IMG/VR virus record: IMGVR_UViG_2061766007_000189
Length of the DNA stretch: 43,716 bases
Reading direction: 5' to 3' (one strand)
DNA from: an uncultured virus (IMG/VR IMGVR_UViG_2061766007_000189)
Lineage: Duplodnaviria; Heunggongvirae; Uroviricota; Caudoviricetes
Below the pieces are notes generated by a model. The model did no database searches. It saw only the letters and a program-made list of their open reading frames with translations, and was not told where the DNA came from. Made by a program: the position numbers and the translations under genes. Below, piece by piece: positions 17,793-26,484 of this stretch (positions are counted from its first letter, which is position 1; every line of letters starts with the position of its first letter).

Positions 17793-18164
17793 GTGAATAT
17801 GTTGTCAACAATAGGAGAAAGAATAAAAATTCTTAGAAAAAAACTTAAACTTAATCAAACTGAATTTGGAAAAAGAATCGGGCTTGCTGCAAATACAATT
17901 GCAAATTATGAAATAGGACGAAGAACTGTTTCTGAACAAACAATAATTTCAATTTGCAGAGAATTTAATGTAAATCACAACTGGCTTGTTGACGGAAAAG
18001 GTGAACCGTTCCTACCTGAGCCAACAGGACTAATTGATGAATTAAAGGTACAATACAATTTAAGCGATACCGAGGTTGAAATTTTAACTAATTACTTAAA
18101 ACTTTCTAATAGCCAGAGAGAAAGCTTTATAAAGTTTGTAGAACAGATTTTTAATAAAAAATAA
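17793..18164 (+). CDS. cI-like XRE prophage repressor without a peptidase domain
   Basis: IGERIKILRKKLKLNQTEFG...IANYEIGRR...WLVDGKGEPF plus a short helical C-terminus; divergent from the early operon, upstream of int. Confidence 0.92.
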   Translation: MNMLSTIGERIKILRKKLKLNQTEFGKRIGLAANTIANYEIGRRTVSEQTIISICREFNVNHNWLVDGKGEPFLPEPTGLIDELKVQYNLSDTEVEILTNYLKLSNSQRESFIKFVEQIFNKK

Positions 18165-18192
18165 AGCCGATACCAATTATAGGCATCGACTT
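18155..18192 (-). terminator. Intrinsic terminator for the - strand small-ORF transcript (possibly bidirectional)
   Basis: - strand AAGTCGATGCC-TATAATT-GGTATCGGCTT-TATTTTT; both mismatches are G-U only on the - strand. Confidence 0.75.
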
Positions 18193-18215
18193 CAGGATTG
18201 AACTAACTAAGAAAA

Positions 18216-18320
18216 TCAAAAGAATATTAAATTGTGAATGTATCGAAAAATACGATTAAGTTTATCTACATCATCAATTTTCATAATCATTTCGATAATT
18301 TCCTTTTTGATTTTTTCCAT
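18216..18320 (-). CDS. 34-aa small protein, candidate antirepressor (not in ORF track)
   Basis: MEKIKKEIIEMIMKIDDVDKLNRIFRYIHNLIFF*; AAGGA upstream; own promoter and terminator. Confidence 0.7.
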   Translation of the reverse strand: MEKIKKEIIEMIMKIDDVDKLNRIFRYIHNLIFF

Positions 18321-18372
18321 AACAACCATTCCTTTATTATATATTTTTCCTCACAAATTGTGGAACACAATC

Positions 18373-18401
18373 ATTATATAACCAATAGAAAATACTGTCA
18401 A
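18373..18401 (-). promoter_or_regulatory. Perfect sigma-A promoter for the small ORF
   Basis: TTGACA (18401-18396)-17-TATAAT (18378-73); second TTGACA-18-TGTAAT at 18472-18443. Confidence 0.8.
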
Positions 18402-18544
18402 TTTGACAAAACAAGTTTAAAATGCTAATTTTTTGTTAAAGCATTACATAATTCATAAGAAATTACTGTCAATTTAACGATAGAATATGAGTTTATACCA
18501 AGGCAGTATTATTAAGGCTAACAAATTCTTATCGTCATATTGAT

Positions 18545-18728
18545 AAAAAAAAATAACCGCCCAAAGAGCAACGTCTTTGAGCGGATAAAAAATCAAATCA
18601 AAAAGAATAACCGCCCTGCTCCGCTACCAACAGAACAGGACGGCAGACCACACAGCGAGTGTGCAGTACAGTGCTATAAGCACAACTTCAAGCACTAATA
18701 TTGTACCACACTCGCCCGAAAAAATCAA
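18545..18728 (-). ncRNA. Predicted antisense RNA to the structured integrase leader
   Basis: - strand TTGATT (18728-23)-17-TACAAT (18705-00) with an extended -10 TG; two - strand terminator hairpins (about 18611-18643 and 18557-18584) followed by U-tracts. Confidence 0.55.
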
Positions 18729-18782
18729 GCCTTTCGAGGGCGGGATTTTTGCACCCTTTTTTAGAAAACAAGGAGGTACAAA

Positions 18783-19832
18783 ATGAAAAATCCAAACGGA
18801 TATGGGAGCGTTTACAAGCTCACCGACAAGAAACGCCGAAAGCCTTGGGCTGTTCGTGTAACAGATTCGTGGGATATAGTAGACGGAAAACTCAAACGCA
18901 AGTACAAATACCTAGGTTACTACGAAACACGCAAGGAAGCTATGCAGGCACTCGCCGAATACAATGTCAATCCTGCTTCTGTAACAAGGGATATCCTTTT
19001 CGCAGACCTTTACAAAATGTGGTCGGAGGAGAAATACTCCAATTTTTCAAAATCAACTGTAGCCGTTTATCAAACTGCTTTCAGAGCGTGCAAACCGCTG
19101 TATGGCTATAACTTCAAAGATTTACGCCGACCTCAGCTTCAAAAAGTTATTGATGAATGCGGAAAAACATACCAGTCATTAGCACATATGAAAGCAATGC
19201 TGTCACATATGTATAACTATGCGATAGAAAACGATATTTGCGACAAGAATTATGCACAGTTCATAGATTTGGCAAAGTACTCAAAACAAGATAAGGAAAA
19301 CAGAAAAGAAATTCATAAAGTTTTCACAAAAGAAGAGATTTCTGTTTTATGGAAAAACGCAGAAACAAGCCAGACGGCTCAAGCCGTGTTAATTATGATT
19401 TATACCGGTGTAAGGATATCCGAACTGCTTAACTTGAAAAAATTGGAAGTTCATCTTTCTGAACAGTGGTTTCACATAAGCAAGTCAAAAACTGATGCCG
19501 GAGTGCGTGATGTACCAATAGCGAATAACATTCTTCCATTATTTCAAAAACAAATGGAAACAGCCGGAGAATATTTGTTTTCCCAAAATGAAAAGAAATA
19601 TTCATACAAAACATTCAAAAAGAATTTTTGGGATAGTCTTTCAGATGAATTTGGAATGAACCATCTTTTTCATGATACTCGCCACACTTGTGTTTCATTG
19701 CTGGCAGAGAAAAAGGTTGAGCAGACTATTATTAAAAAAATAGTAGGTCATGTTGGTGCAATGACAATCACCGAAAAAGTATACACTCACTACGATATAA
19801 AGCCGCTACTCGAAGCGGTAAATTTAATATAA
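18783..19832 (+). CDS. int: Tyrosine integrase
   Basis: MKNPNGYGSVYKL arm-binding N-terminus; catalytic TGVRISE, KT, HDTRH, VGH, VYTH; AAGGAGG RBS. Confidence 0.97.
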   Translation: MKNPNGYGSVYKLTDKKRRKPWAVRVTDSWDIVDGKLKRKYKYLGYYETRKEAMQALAEYNVNPASVTRDILFADLYKMWSEEKYSNFSKSTVAVYQTAFRACKPLYGYNFKDLRRPQLQKVIDECGKTYQSLAHMKAMLSHMYNYAIENDICDKNYAQFIDLAKYSKQDKENRKEIHKVFTKEEISVLWKNAETSQTAQAVLIMIYTGVRISELLNLKKLEVHLSEQWFHISKSKTDAGVRDVPIANNILPLFQKQMETAGEYLFSQNEKKYSYKTFKKNFWDSLSDEFGMNHLFHDTRHTCVSLLAEKKVEQTIIKKIVGHVGAMTITEKVYTHYDIKPLLEAVNLI

Positions 19833-19835
19833 AAA

Positions 19836-20030
19836 GTGTGTATCACAGGTGTATCACCGTATGGATTTTTGCGTTTTTTAAGACGTTTTTTAAAGAAAAA
19901 ATGGCTTAAAATCGCAATTTTAAGCCGTATGTCAAATTAGTGGAAAATATAGTTTACTATTTTCATAATGCCGAAGAATGGCTTAAAATCTAGCTTTTTA
20001 TCAAAAAAGTGAGTAATGTGTGTATCACGC
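19836..20030. other. Putative attP
   Basis: GTGTATCAC direct repeats at 19838, 19849 and 20020; ATGGCTTAAAATC at 19901 and 19978; core inverted repeat GAAAATA-8-TATTTTC at 19943-19964. Confidence 0.75.
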
Positions 20031-20057
20031 AGAAAACGTATTGCTAATTTTACACAA

Positions 20058-20105
20058 CAAAACAGCCGCCCTTGGTGTACTTTTACAGTACCTTTGGGCG
20101 GCTTA
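20058..20105 (-). terminator. Terminator of the late/lysis transcript
   Basis: AGCCGCCC...GGGCGGCT stem; U-rich tail on the - strand. Confidence 0.75.
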
Positions 20106-20132
20106 TAATTTAAATTAAACTATAAAATATTT

Positions 20133-20576
20133 TTAATCTTTGTTATTATCCTCAATCTTATCCTTAGCAACCTTTAGTAGGTTAGCAATCCACTTAGGCA
20201 TAATATCAGGATTAATCAAATATAAATTCTCCGCAATTGATATGCACTCATTGAGTACTATGTAACAGCAAATAATCAGTGCAAAAGGCAAATCAATATC
20301 AAGAGTTAATCCAGCTTTGACGAAAAGAAGCGGCACAACGTAATCAAGATAGATTCCGAAAAACAGACCTACAAGCAAGGCAATTTTCTTCCAAAAGCCT
20401 TTCCAACCCTTTTGACTTGATAAACCCTCTCCTATTGTCTTAGCCTTGATAAGACCTGTTACGCAGTCAAACACGATAGCCAGACACACGAACACGATTA
20501 ACAGACCGTACTGTTGATAAAAGGTCGCTACAGCACCGCAGACAACGCTTACAAGCCATTTAAACCAGTTATCCAT
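20133..20576 (-). CDS. Holin (phage_holin_4_1 type)
   Basis: D.VTG..KA...LSSQKGWKG..KK...NECISIAENL..I...P. Confidence 0.92.
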   Translation of the reverse strand: MDNWFKWLVSVVCGAVATFYQQYGLLIVFVCLAIVFDCVTGLIKAKTIGEGLSSQKGWKGFWKKIALLVGLFFGIYLDYVVPLLFVKAGLTLDIDLPFALIICCYIVLNECISIAENLYLINPDIMPKWIANLLKVAKDKIEDNNKD

Positions 20577-20644
20577 ATAATTTCACCTCTCAACAAAAAT
20601 CCTCTCTACGGCTAAATCTGAGTGAAATAGCCGCAGAGTTTTTA

Positions 20645-21648
20645 TTATTTCATCAGCTCATTAACCTTGCTCTGTACAGCATTATAATCATATCCTGCCT
20701 TTTCGAGAGCTGTCTTTCTCTCCGAACCTACTCCCCATTTNNNNNNNNNNGTTTGACTTTACTGTGAAAGCTCCTACCTGAACCTTATACAGCTTGTCAA
20801 CCTTTGTAACAAAGGAACCGTTAAAGCCTTTAGCCTTGATTTTCTTTAGCTGCTCATCGGCGTTGCTCTTGTTTGAGAATGCACCAATCTGCACTCTGTA
20901 GATAGTCTTGTCGTCGTTGACCTTAGTTGAGGAAGTATCCGTCTTAGTCGTGGCAGTAGTCGAGGAAGTACCCGAAAGACGTGCTTTAAACGCTTTCCAT
21001 TTTGAAACGTCTTTGCTGTCTTCGTTCCAGCCTTTAATGCCGGGGCAATATTTGCCCGTAACGTCATAATGTCTGATTACCCTATCCGCAGGAATGTTAT
21101 ACGTCTGCATAAGGTACTTTGTAAGCTCAACGGCTTTGTTGATGACTGCTTCCGTGAAATAATAGTTGTTATCGTTAGCCGCAGTCATCTGACCCGTCTT
21201 GTTGCTTGAACAAACTTCAATGCCTATACTGTTGTAATTCTGACATTTTCCGTAATAGCTGCCGCCCTTGTTGTAATTTTTAGCGTCGCCGCAATGCCAA
21301 CAGTATCTGTTTTTGATATCGGGGTTAAACTGCACTGCCGTTGTATCGTCAACAATAAAATCGGCACTTGCGTAAACGCTTGGATTACTGAACATAACCG
21401 CAGTATTGTACGCAACACCTGTACGGCTTGTCGTTCCTGCCGTGTAATGAATTACAATGTAATCNNNNNNNNNNGAAATCGGCACTTGCATAAATGCTCG
21501 GGTTACTGAACATAACCGCAGTATTGTACGCCACACCTGTACGGCTTGTCGTTCCTGCCGTGTAATGAATTACAATGTAATCAAGCGGTCTGTTGCTGTA
21601 CGCAGATGTATTTGAATAGCTTGTCTGTTTTGTAATGTTTATTGACAT
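20645..21648 (-). CDS. Endolysin: Amidase_2 + SPOR-like + Cpl-7 (CW_7) domain (gapped; duplicated allele fragment)
   Basis: YIVIHYTA, WHCG, NSIGIEVC, RHYDVTGKYCP; YRVQIGAFS; 20645-20740 translates KWGVGSERKTALEKAGYDYNAVQSKVNELMK*. Confidence 0.92.
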
Positions 21649-21653
21649 AAAAC

Positions 21654-21782
21654 TCACTCCTTAACCAAATCTTCAAATCCCTCGTCAAGTAAAATTGCCC
21701 TGACCTGCTCCTTAAGCTTTGCAGGAACTTTTGAAAAGCTTGTTTTTCCTGCAATAATTCTGTAAGCGTAAAATTCAGCCAT
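21654..21782 (-). CDS. CD1375-like small protein (not in ORF track)
   Basis: MAEFYAYRIIAGKTSFSKVPAKLKEQVRAILLDEGFEDLVKE*; GAGG RBS. Confidence 0.8.
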   Translation of the reverse strand: MAEFYAYRIIAGKTSFSKVPAKLKEQVRAILLDEGFEDLVKE

Positions 21783-21839
21783 TAATCCTCACCTCCCATT
21801 ACAAATTCAATCAACTCTTCAACGGCTTCNNNNNNNNNN

Positions 21840-22023
21840 TATTTGCATTTTGCTCCGTGTCATCTTCGATTTTGACATCAGTTTCGGTGTACACAAAATC
21901 CGCACCGATAACGTCAACCGCCTCTGAAAACTGCATACCGTCACGCTCGATATAGCATCCGCTGTCGCTGTAAGTTCTGCGGTACTGCCTGCCATTTATA
22001 TCTGTAATTCCACTTTTTACCAT
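21840..22023 (-). CDS. Small tail-associated hypothetical protein (gapped)
   Basis: GGAGGAG RBS; RTYSDSG..IER...FSEAVD....YTETD. Confidence 0.7.
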
Positions 22024-22036
22024 CGCTTACTCCTCC

Positions 22037-22987
22037 TCATACATCTATCCCAATGCTTTCAAGATACTCGATATTATCCTCAATAGCTACGATTTTATTG
22101 TTATTGTAAAGTGTAGTCCAGTTCGTTGCGGTCGAATACCAGCTTAATTTTGCTCTCGGAACATAAATCAAATAGTCGCTGTATATGTTGCTGAATGCGT
22201 TTGTATTGGCTAAAGACGGTGTGCCTTTGACTACAATATCTGTGAGAGAGGTGCAATAACTAAACACATTGCTCCCTATACTCGTCACTCCCTCGGGTAT
22301 GTTTATACTTGTGAGAGAGCGGCAATAACTGAACGTACTGTTCCCTATGCCCGTCACTCCCTCGGGTATGTTTATACTTGTGAGGGAGAAGCAATAGCTA
22401 AACGCAGAGCTTCCTATACTCGTCACTTCCTCGGGTATGTTTATACTTGTGAGAGAGCAGCAATAGACGAAAGCATTGTTCCCTATACTCGTCACTCCCT
22501 CGGGTATGTTTATACTTGTGAGAGAGTAGCAATTGTTAAACGCAGAGCTTCCTATACTCGTCACTTCCTCGGGTATGTTTATACTTGTGAGAGAGTAGCA
22601 ATTGTTAAACGCAGAGCTTCCTATAGTAGTCGTTCCTCTTTTATGCTCTGAAATGGTTGCCATTGTATTTAATCTCGGGTTGCTCCAGTAGTTATGGTNN
22701 NNNNNNNNNNNNNNNNNNNNNNNNNNNNNNNCGTGAGCCGTTACCCAGGCTTTTATGTCTGCCAACGCCCAATTATACTCCTGAAACGTGAGCAGGTCAC
22801 GGTCTACATTTGTATTCAGGCTTGACGGATTTGGCAATGCCGTAAGGCTTGCGACCTGTTCGGCAGAATACTCTTTTAATACAGTGCCTTCCCAGTCTAT
22901 AAGACGTAAGGCAGGATTTGTAACGGGTTGACCTCCGCTACCACCTTTTTTTGCTTTAAGATATGTATAAATCTCCCAGTTATCCAT
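22037..22987 (-). CDS. BspA-type leucine-rich-repeat (LRR_5) tail-associated protein
   Basis: Six 23-aa repeats VTSIGxxAFxxCxSLTSINIPEG; start re-called at 22987 (GGAGGTG RBS, overlap with the upstream stop). Confidence 0.9.
   Translation of the reverse strand: MDNWEIYTYLKAKKGGSGGQPVTNPALRLIDWEGTVLKEYSAEQVASLTALPNPSSLNTNVDRDLLTFQEYNWALADIKAWVTAHXXXXXXXXXXXXHNYWSNPRLNTMATISEHKRGTTTIGSSAFNNCYSLTSINIPEEVTSIGSSAFNNCYSLTSINIPEGVTSIGNNAFVYCCSLTSINIPEEVTSIGSSAFSYCFSLTSINIPEGVTGIGNSTFSYCRSLTSINIPEGVTSIGSNVFSYCTSLTDIVVKGTPSLANTNAFSNIYSDYLIYVPRAKLSWYSTATNWTTLYNNNKIVAIEDNIEYLESIGIDV
22240..22625 (-). repeat. 69-bp tandem repeat array in the LRR gene
   Basis: CCTCGGGTATGTTTATACTTGTGAG identical in five copies at 69-bp spacing. 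Confidence 0.95.
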
Positions 22988-23231
22988 TAGCACCACCTCC
23001 GAACAATACCCAGCCGCTCTTGGTAAGCCTGTACAAATTTCCGGTATCATCGCACAAAGCAGTTGAGCCGGGAGAAGCATTAGTTATCAAATCAAGCTTA
23101 GACACGTCCTCTTCGTCAAGTCCGTAGTCGTTTTTTCCGTTGTAACGGAGCTTAACATCATAGATCGACCCGAAATCAGGTACATTATCGGAATCGAAAA
23201 TCATACCCATAATAATAACTTGTGAAGCCAT
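22980..23231 (-). CDS. Small tail-tip-associated protein
   Basis: AAGGAG RBS; ASPGSTALCDDTGNLYRLTKSGWV motif. Confidence 0.75.
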   Translation of the reverse strand: MASQVIIMGMIFDSDNVPDFGSIYDVKLRYNGKNDYGLDEEDVSKLDLITNASPGSTALCDDTGNLYRLTKSGWVLFGGGANG

Positions 23232-23343
23232 TTTGTCACTCCTTAAAAATATTCAAAAGGTTTAAAAAGCCTTTCATAACTCCCCTCAAAATCCTAAAAA
23301 ATTGCATACAACTATGCGATTTTATTTGTGAATTTTTTGTGAA

Positions 23344-24012
23344 TTACTCGTCCTTAATCGCCCAATAACCGTTTGTTACATAGCTTACACCGTCTGCAAC
23401 CAACTCGCCAAATACAGCCCGTGTCTGTGCTACAGGAATAAAAAATGCACTAGGGAAATATGATTTCTCACCCAAAGCACAGTGTGTCACAAAGGGGAAC
23501 ATCTGTGTTTGGGTTTGATTCGTTACACCTGAACCATAGCTGTAGTTGCTTGTTAAAGGAATAACATCTCCCCAAACACCGGTAACGAAATTGTTGTATA
23601 AATCTGTAAAAGTAGAAGTTGACGAACTAGCCGCTATAACAAACCCTGTTTTATTGTTATTAGTTTTTGATATTACTACAGAAAAACGTAGATTGGTAGC
23701 ATCGCTAATAGTACTCGCATTACCTGCCCCTAATATCATTGCCCCGTTATTGCAAACGTAACCATAAATAGGTTTAGCATAACTGCTGGTTTTTGATACA
23801 TAATTTTCACTATCTGCATAAGCGGTATAAGTCCAGCTGCCATTATCTACCGCAACAGTAAAGATTGTATTGCCGTCGCTGTCTTTGCACGTGATACCCG
23901 TATTATTATTGTCCGTATACTCCACGCTTGCGAAATAATCGGGTACTAATTTTTCCAAAAAAGTTTTCAGCTCAGCTATTGATAAATTAAGATAAGTTTG
24001 CGTAATGCTCAC
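23344..24012 (-). CDS. Putative baseplate/receptor-binding protein
   Basis: S/T/N/Y-rich beta-type sequence after the BppU-like gene; GGAGGGG RBS. Confidence 0.65.
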   Translation of the reverse strand: MSITQTYLNLSIAELKTFLEKLVPDYFASVEYTDNNNTGITCKDSDGNTIFTVAVDNGSWTYTAYADSENYVSKTSSYAKPIYGYVCNNGAMILGAGNASTISDATNLRFSVVISKTNNNKTGFVIAASSSTSTFTDLYNNFVTGVWGDVIPLTSNYSYGSGVTNQTQTQMFPFVTHCALGEKSYFPSAFFIPVAQTRAVFGELVADGVSYVTNGYWAIKDE

Positions 24013-24024
24013 AAAATCCCCTCC

Positions 24025-24585
24025 TTAAGTTTCCCACGGAATTTCCGCAGTTCCGAGTACAAAGCTGCTCGTTGCCATATTAACACCGACTGCCGATGTG
24101 CTGAGTACTCCCAGACCACCCGAACTGGCTTCCAGCTTTGCAATCCTGCTCTCGTGGTCTGCTAACACGCTTGCAAGCTCGGTAGTTTTCAAAACCGCAG
24201 CACTTTCGGACGTTGCAACGCTCGGCTCGACATCTAAAATAAAGGTAGCTGTATAAATCGCACACCATTGCGGATTAGTAATTTTAATTTCGCAGTGTTC
24301 CTTGCCTGCCAAAGTTGTGAGTGTCGCATAAAGAGGTACGTCTATGTGATCATCTTCTACAAAACACTCTGCGTCATAGGTCGTAACCGTGCCATTAACA
24401 CTTGCGTTAATCGCAGCTGTTTCCGTGCCGCTAAATGTTACAGGCTGACCATTATCACATAAAAAAATCCTTATCTGTCTGTACTGATCCTCAAACTGCT
24501 TGATTTTGATCATTTTCAAACTTCGATTTTCCTTGAAATCGAGGTGTAAATCTTCGTAAATCGTTGGTCTCAACTTATTAAGCAC
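24025..24585 (-). CDS. BppU-like upper baseplate protein
   Basis: IKQFEDQYRQIRIFLCDNGQP...AGKEHCEIKI...TATFILDVEPS; position after Tal. Confidence 0.8.
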   Translation of the reverse strand: MLNKLRPTIYEDLHLDFKENRSLKMIKIKQFEDQYRQIRIFLCDNGQPVTFSGTETAAINASVNGTVTTYDAECFVEDDHIDVPLYATLTTLAGKEHCEIKITNPQWCAIYTATFILDVEPSVATSESAAVLKTTELASVLADHESRIAKLEASSGGLGVLSTSAVGVNMATSSFVLGTAEIPWET

Positions 24586-25732
24586 CTCCTATATTTTTGC
24601 CACTAAACAAATCGGCAATAGTTTTCTTGATAGCTCCCAGTTCGATTTTTGTATATTTTTCCAGTAACACATCGTATTCCGTCTTAACGATTTTTGCACT
24701 CGCTGAAAAACCCAGAGGCTCAAAATAAACCTGAACCGTGTCGCAAAGCTTACAGTCTGCAAGATTTCTCAACGTTTCGGCGACATCAACTGTAATATTC
24801 ACGGATATTTCCGTTAGAGCCGTGTAATTTTTATTAACGTATTGATTTGCAACTGCATTAAGCTTTGTCGTGAGTTCATTCCAATTGGATATTACTCCGC
24901 TTTCTTCGTAAACAATTGCAATATCTTCGTCTTCCGTGAACTCGTCCGAAAAATCATAAGCCAAAGCTCGCTTGTAAGTTAAACTGTCATTATGCAAATC
25001 TATTAAATTTGCATACACCATTCTGTCGCCAGCATTTCTTCTATCATCACTGCTATAATATTCAGATTTAACTATCGCATACGGCAACAGGTGAGAATAG
25101 ATGGTACTGCTGTCGCTGTCTTGCTGATATGTACTAATATTTGAACCGTATCTTAAAGCAATACCTGTTTCAGAACCGCGATTTTTCAGCAACTCAATCT
25201 TGAAATTATCATAATGAAACTCACCCCCGAACGTATCAAGCATTGAGCCGTCCGAGCCGCTGAGGAAATCGCCTAGTCTTATAGGGCATTCTTTTCCCGC
25301 CGTAACACTTGCTCTTGTAGTAATATCGGAATCAAACTCAAATAGATTGTCAAACTCCAAATACTGTTGAATTCTATTCCACGTTTCTTCTGGAGTATAT
25401 CCGTCATCGAGAAGTGAATCAAAAGCTTCTCCCAACACGTTACCTCCTGCAATATATTTCAAATGTTGTGCTTTAGCCGCGATTTTTGTATCTGTTACAG
25501 ACATCTGATATATCTCAAAAATCTGTAAATCATCGTGAGGATTTGCCCGAGCTTTCAAAAACATTCCTACAGCAATACTATCTGCTAATCTATCATTCGT
25601 GAGCATTTCAAGTTCCAGCTCATACAAACCGTTCTCCACTTCAACAACCTTGCATTTTGTGCAGTTTTTTATAAAACCCAATCCGTTATTGTTAAAATCT
25701 GTTGTATTTGATTCATACAGTATAGGCAACAT
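24578..25732 (-). CDS. Tal/tail spike (prophage endopeptidase tail family)
   Basis: MLPILYE...F..NGLG...C.V.E..NGLYELELE...GGEFHYDNF...RG. Confidence 0.88.
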   Translation of the reverse strand: MLPILYESNTTDFNNNGLGFIKNCTKCKVVEVENGLYELELEMLTNDRLADSIAVGMFLKARANPHDDLQIFEIYQMSVTDTKIAAKAQHLKYIAGGNVLGEAFDSLLDDGYTPEETWNRIQQYLEFDNLFEFDSDITTRASVTAGKECPIRLGDFLSGSDGSMLDTFGGEFHYDNFKIELLKNRGSETGIALRYGSNISTYQQDSDSSTIYSHLLPYAIVKSEYYSSDDRRNAGDRMVYANLIDLHNDSLTYKRALAYDFSDEFTEDEDIAIVYEESGVISNWNELTTKLNAVANQYVNKNYTALTEISVNITVDVAETLRNLADCKLCDTVQVYFEPLGFSASAKIVKTEYDVLLEKYTKIELGAIKKTIADLFSGKNIGGA

Positions 25733-26484
25733 TACAACCGCCTCCAGTTCGGAATTATTTTAACCGCGTAATTGCCTGTTCCACTAGCGGTAATTTCGTT
25801 ATTGCCGGGCAATAGCACAGGCAATTCAGGAGCTTCGATTAAATCATTACAAGGTTCACCGTCTGTGTCATAAACATTACTGTTTGGCACATCAATTATT
25901 ATAGTTTTATCAGTATCGTAGACTGCAACCGATACATCATTTATTTTCAAACTCATTGTAGCGGAAGAACTTGGAATTATTTCAATAACTGGTTCGCTCT
26001 CCCATTTCTCGGGATTACGAAAAGTGACATTTTCAATTCTGAAATTGCTGTTTGAGTGAAATGTAACACTTTGCAAACCCAAATAACTGTATCTGAATGG
26101 GTCGCAGTTAAATGTAACGGTAGTCCATACAACACCGCTTGCCTCAACCGTGGGATTTGCTATATCGGTACAAATCGCTTTGCGGAAGTAACCGGGGTTA
26201 TATGTATCTCTGAGAATTTTGTAGTCATATGACGTTAACAGCCACTCGCTCAAGGCATATACAAATTCCTGCTCGGTGTAACTGCAAAACAGCGGCATTG
26301 ACGATACTTTATAGCTGATACTTGAATTTTTGAAACGGTTTTTATCCGTGATAATATCTCCGCTTTTGCCGGGCAAGGCTGTAAAATCAAGTTCTTTTAC
26401 CGATAAGGTATAGTGCGGATTTTCCATAAGTACCGCACCTATATCGGATAATTTTTTGTTATTGAATTCAAATGTATGAAGCAT
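25732..26484 (-). CDS. Distal tail protein (Dit)
   Basis: F.FN......G...PGKSGD...F.CDPFRY...L.PG.N.I...I.PNWR.L; directly after the TMP. Confidence 0.88.
   Translation of the reverse strand: MLHTFEFNNKKLSDIGAVLMENPHYTLSVKELDFTALPGKSGDIITDKNRFKNSSISYKVSSMPLFCSYTEQEFVYALSEWLLTSYDYKILRDTYNPGYFRKAICTDIANPTVEASGVVWTTVTFNCDPFRYSYLGLQSVTFHSNSNFRIENVTFRNPEKWESEPVIEIIPSSSATMSLKINDVSVAVYDTDKTIIIDVPNSNVYDTDGEPCNDLIEAPELPVLLPGNNEITASGTGNYAVKIIPNWRRL

Noticed and set aside
18340..18420. LexA (Cheo) box controlling the small ORF
   Set aside because: Only a GAAC half-site at about 18363; no matching GTTC
18701..19111. 136-aa + strand ORF overlapping the integrase start (and the 18234-18428 + ORF)
   Set aside because: Out-of-frame overlap with int, or antisense to the better-supported small ORF; no RBS
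22240..22625. CRISPR-like array (constant 25-bp unit with variable intervals)
   Set aside because: The period is exactly 69 bp, in frame within an LRR ORF, and the intervals are homologous to each other
22988..23080. N-terminal extension of the LRR protein given in the ORF track
   Set aside because: Overlaps the upstream gene; the RBS-supported start is the ATG at 22987
22037..23343. Complete diversity-generating retroelement at the LRR gene
   Set aside because: No reverse transcriptase, Avd or non-coding template repeat is visible in the window; only the codon pattern is suggestive (kept as a finding)
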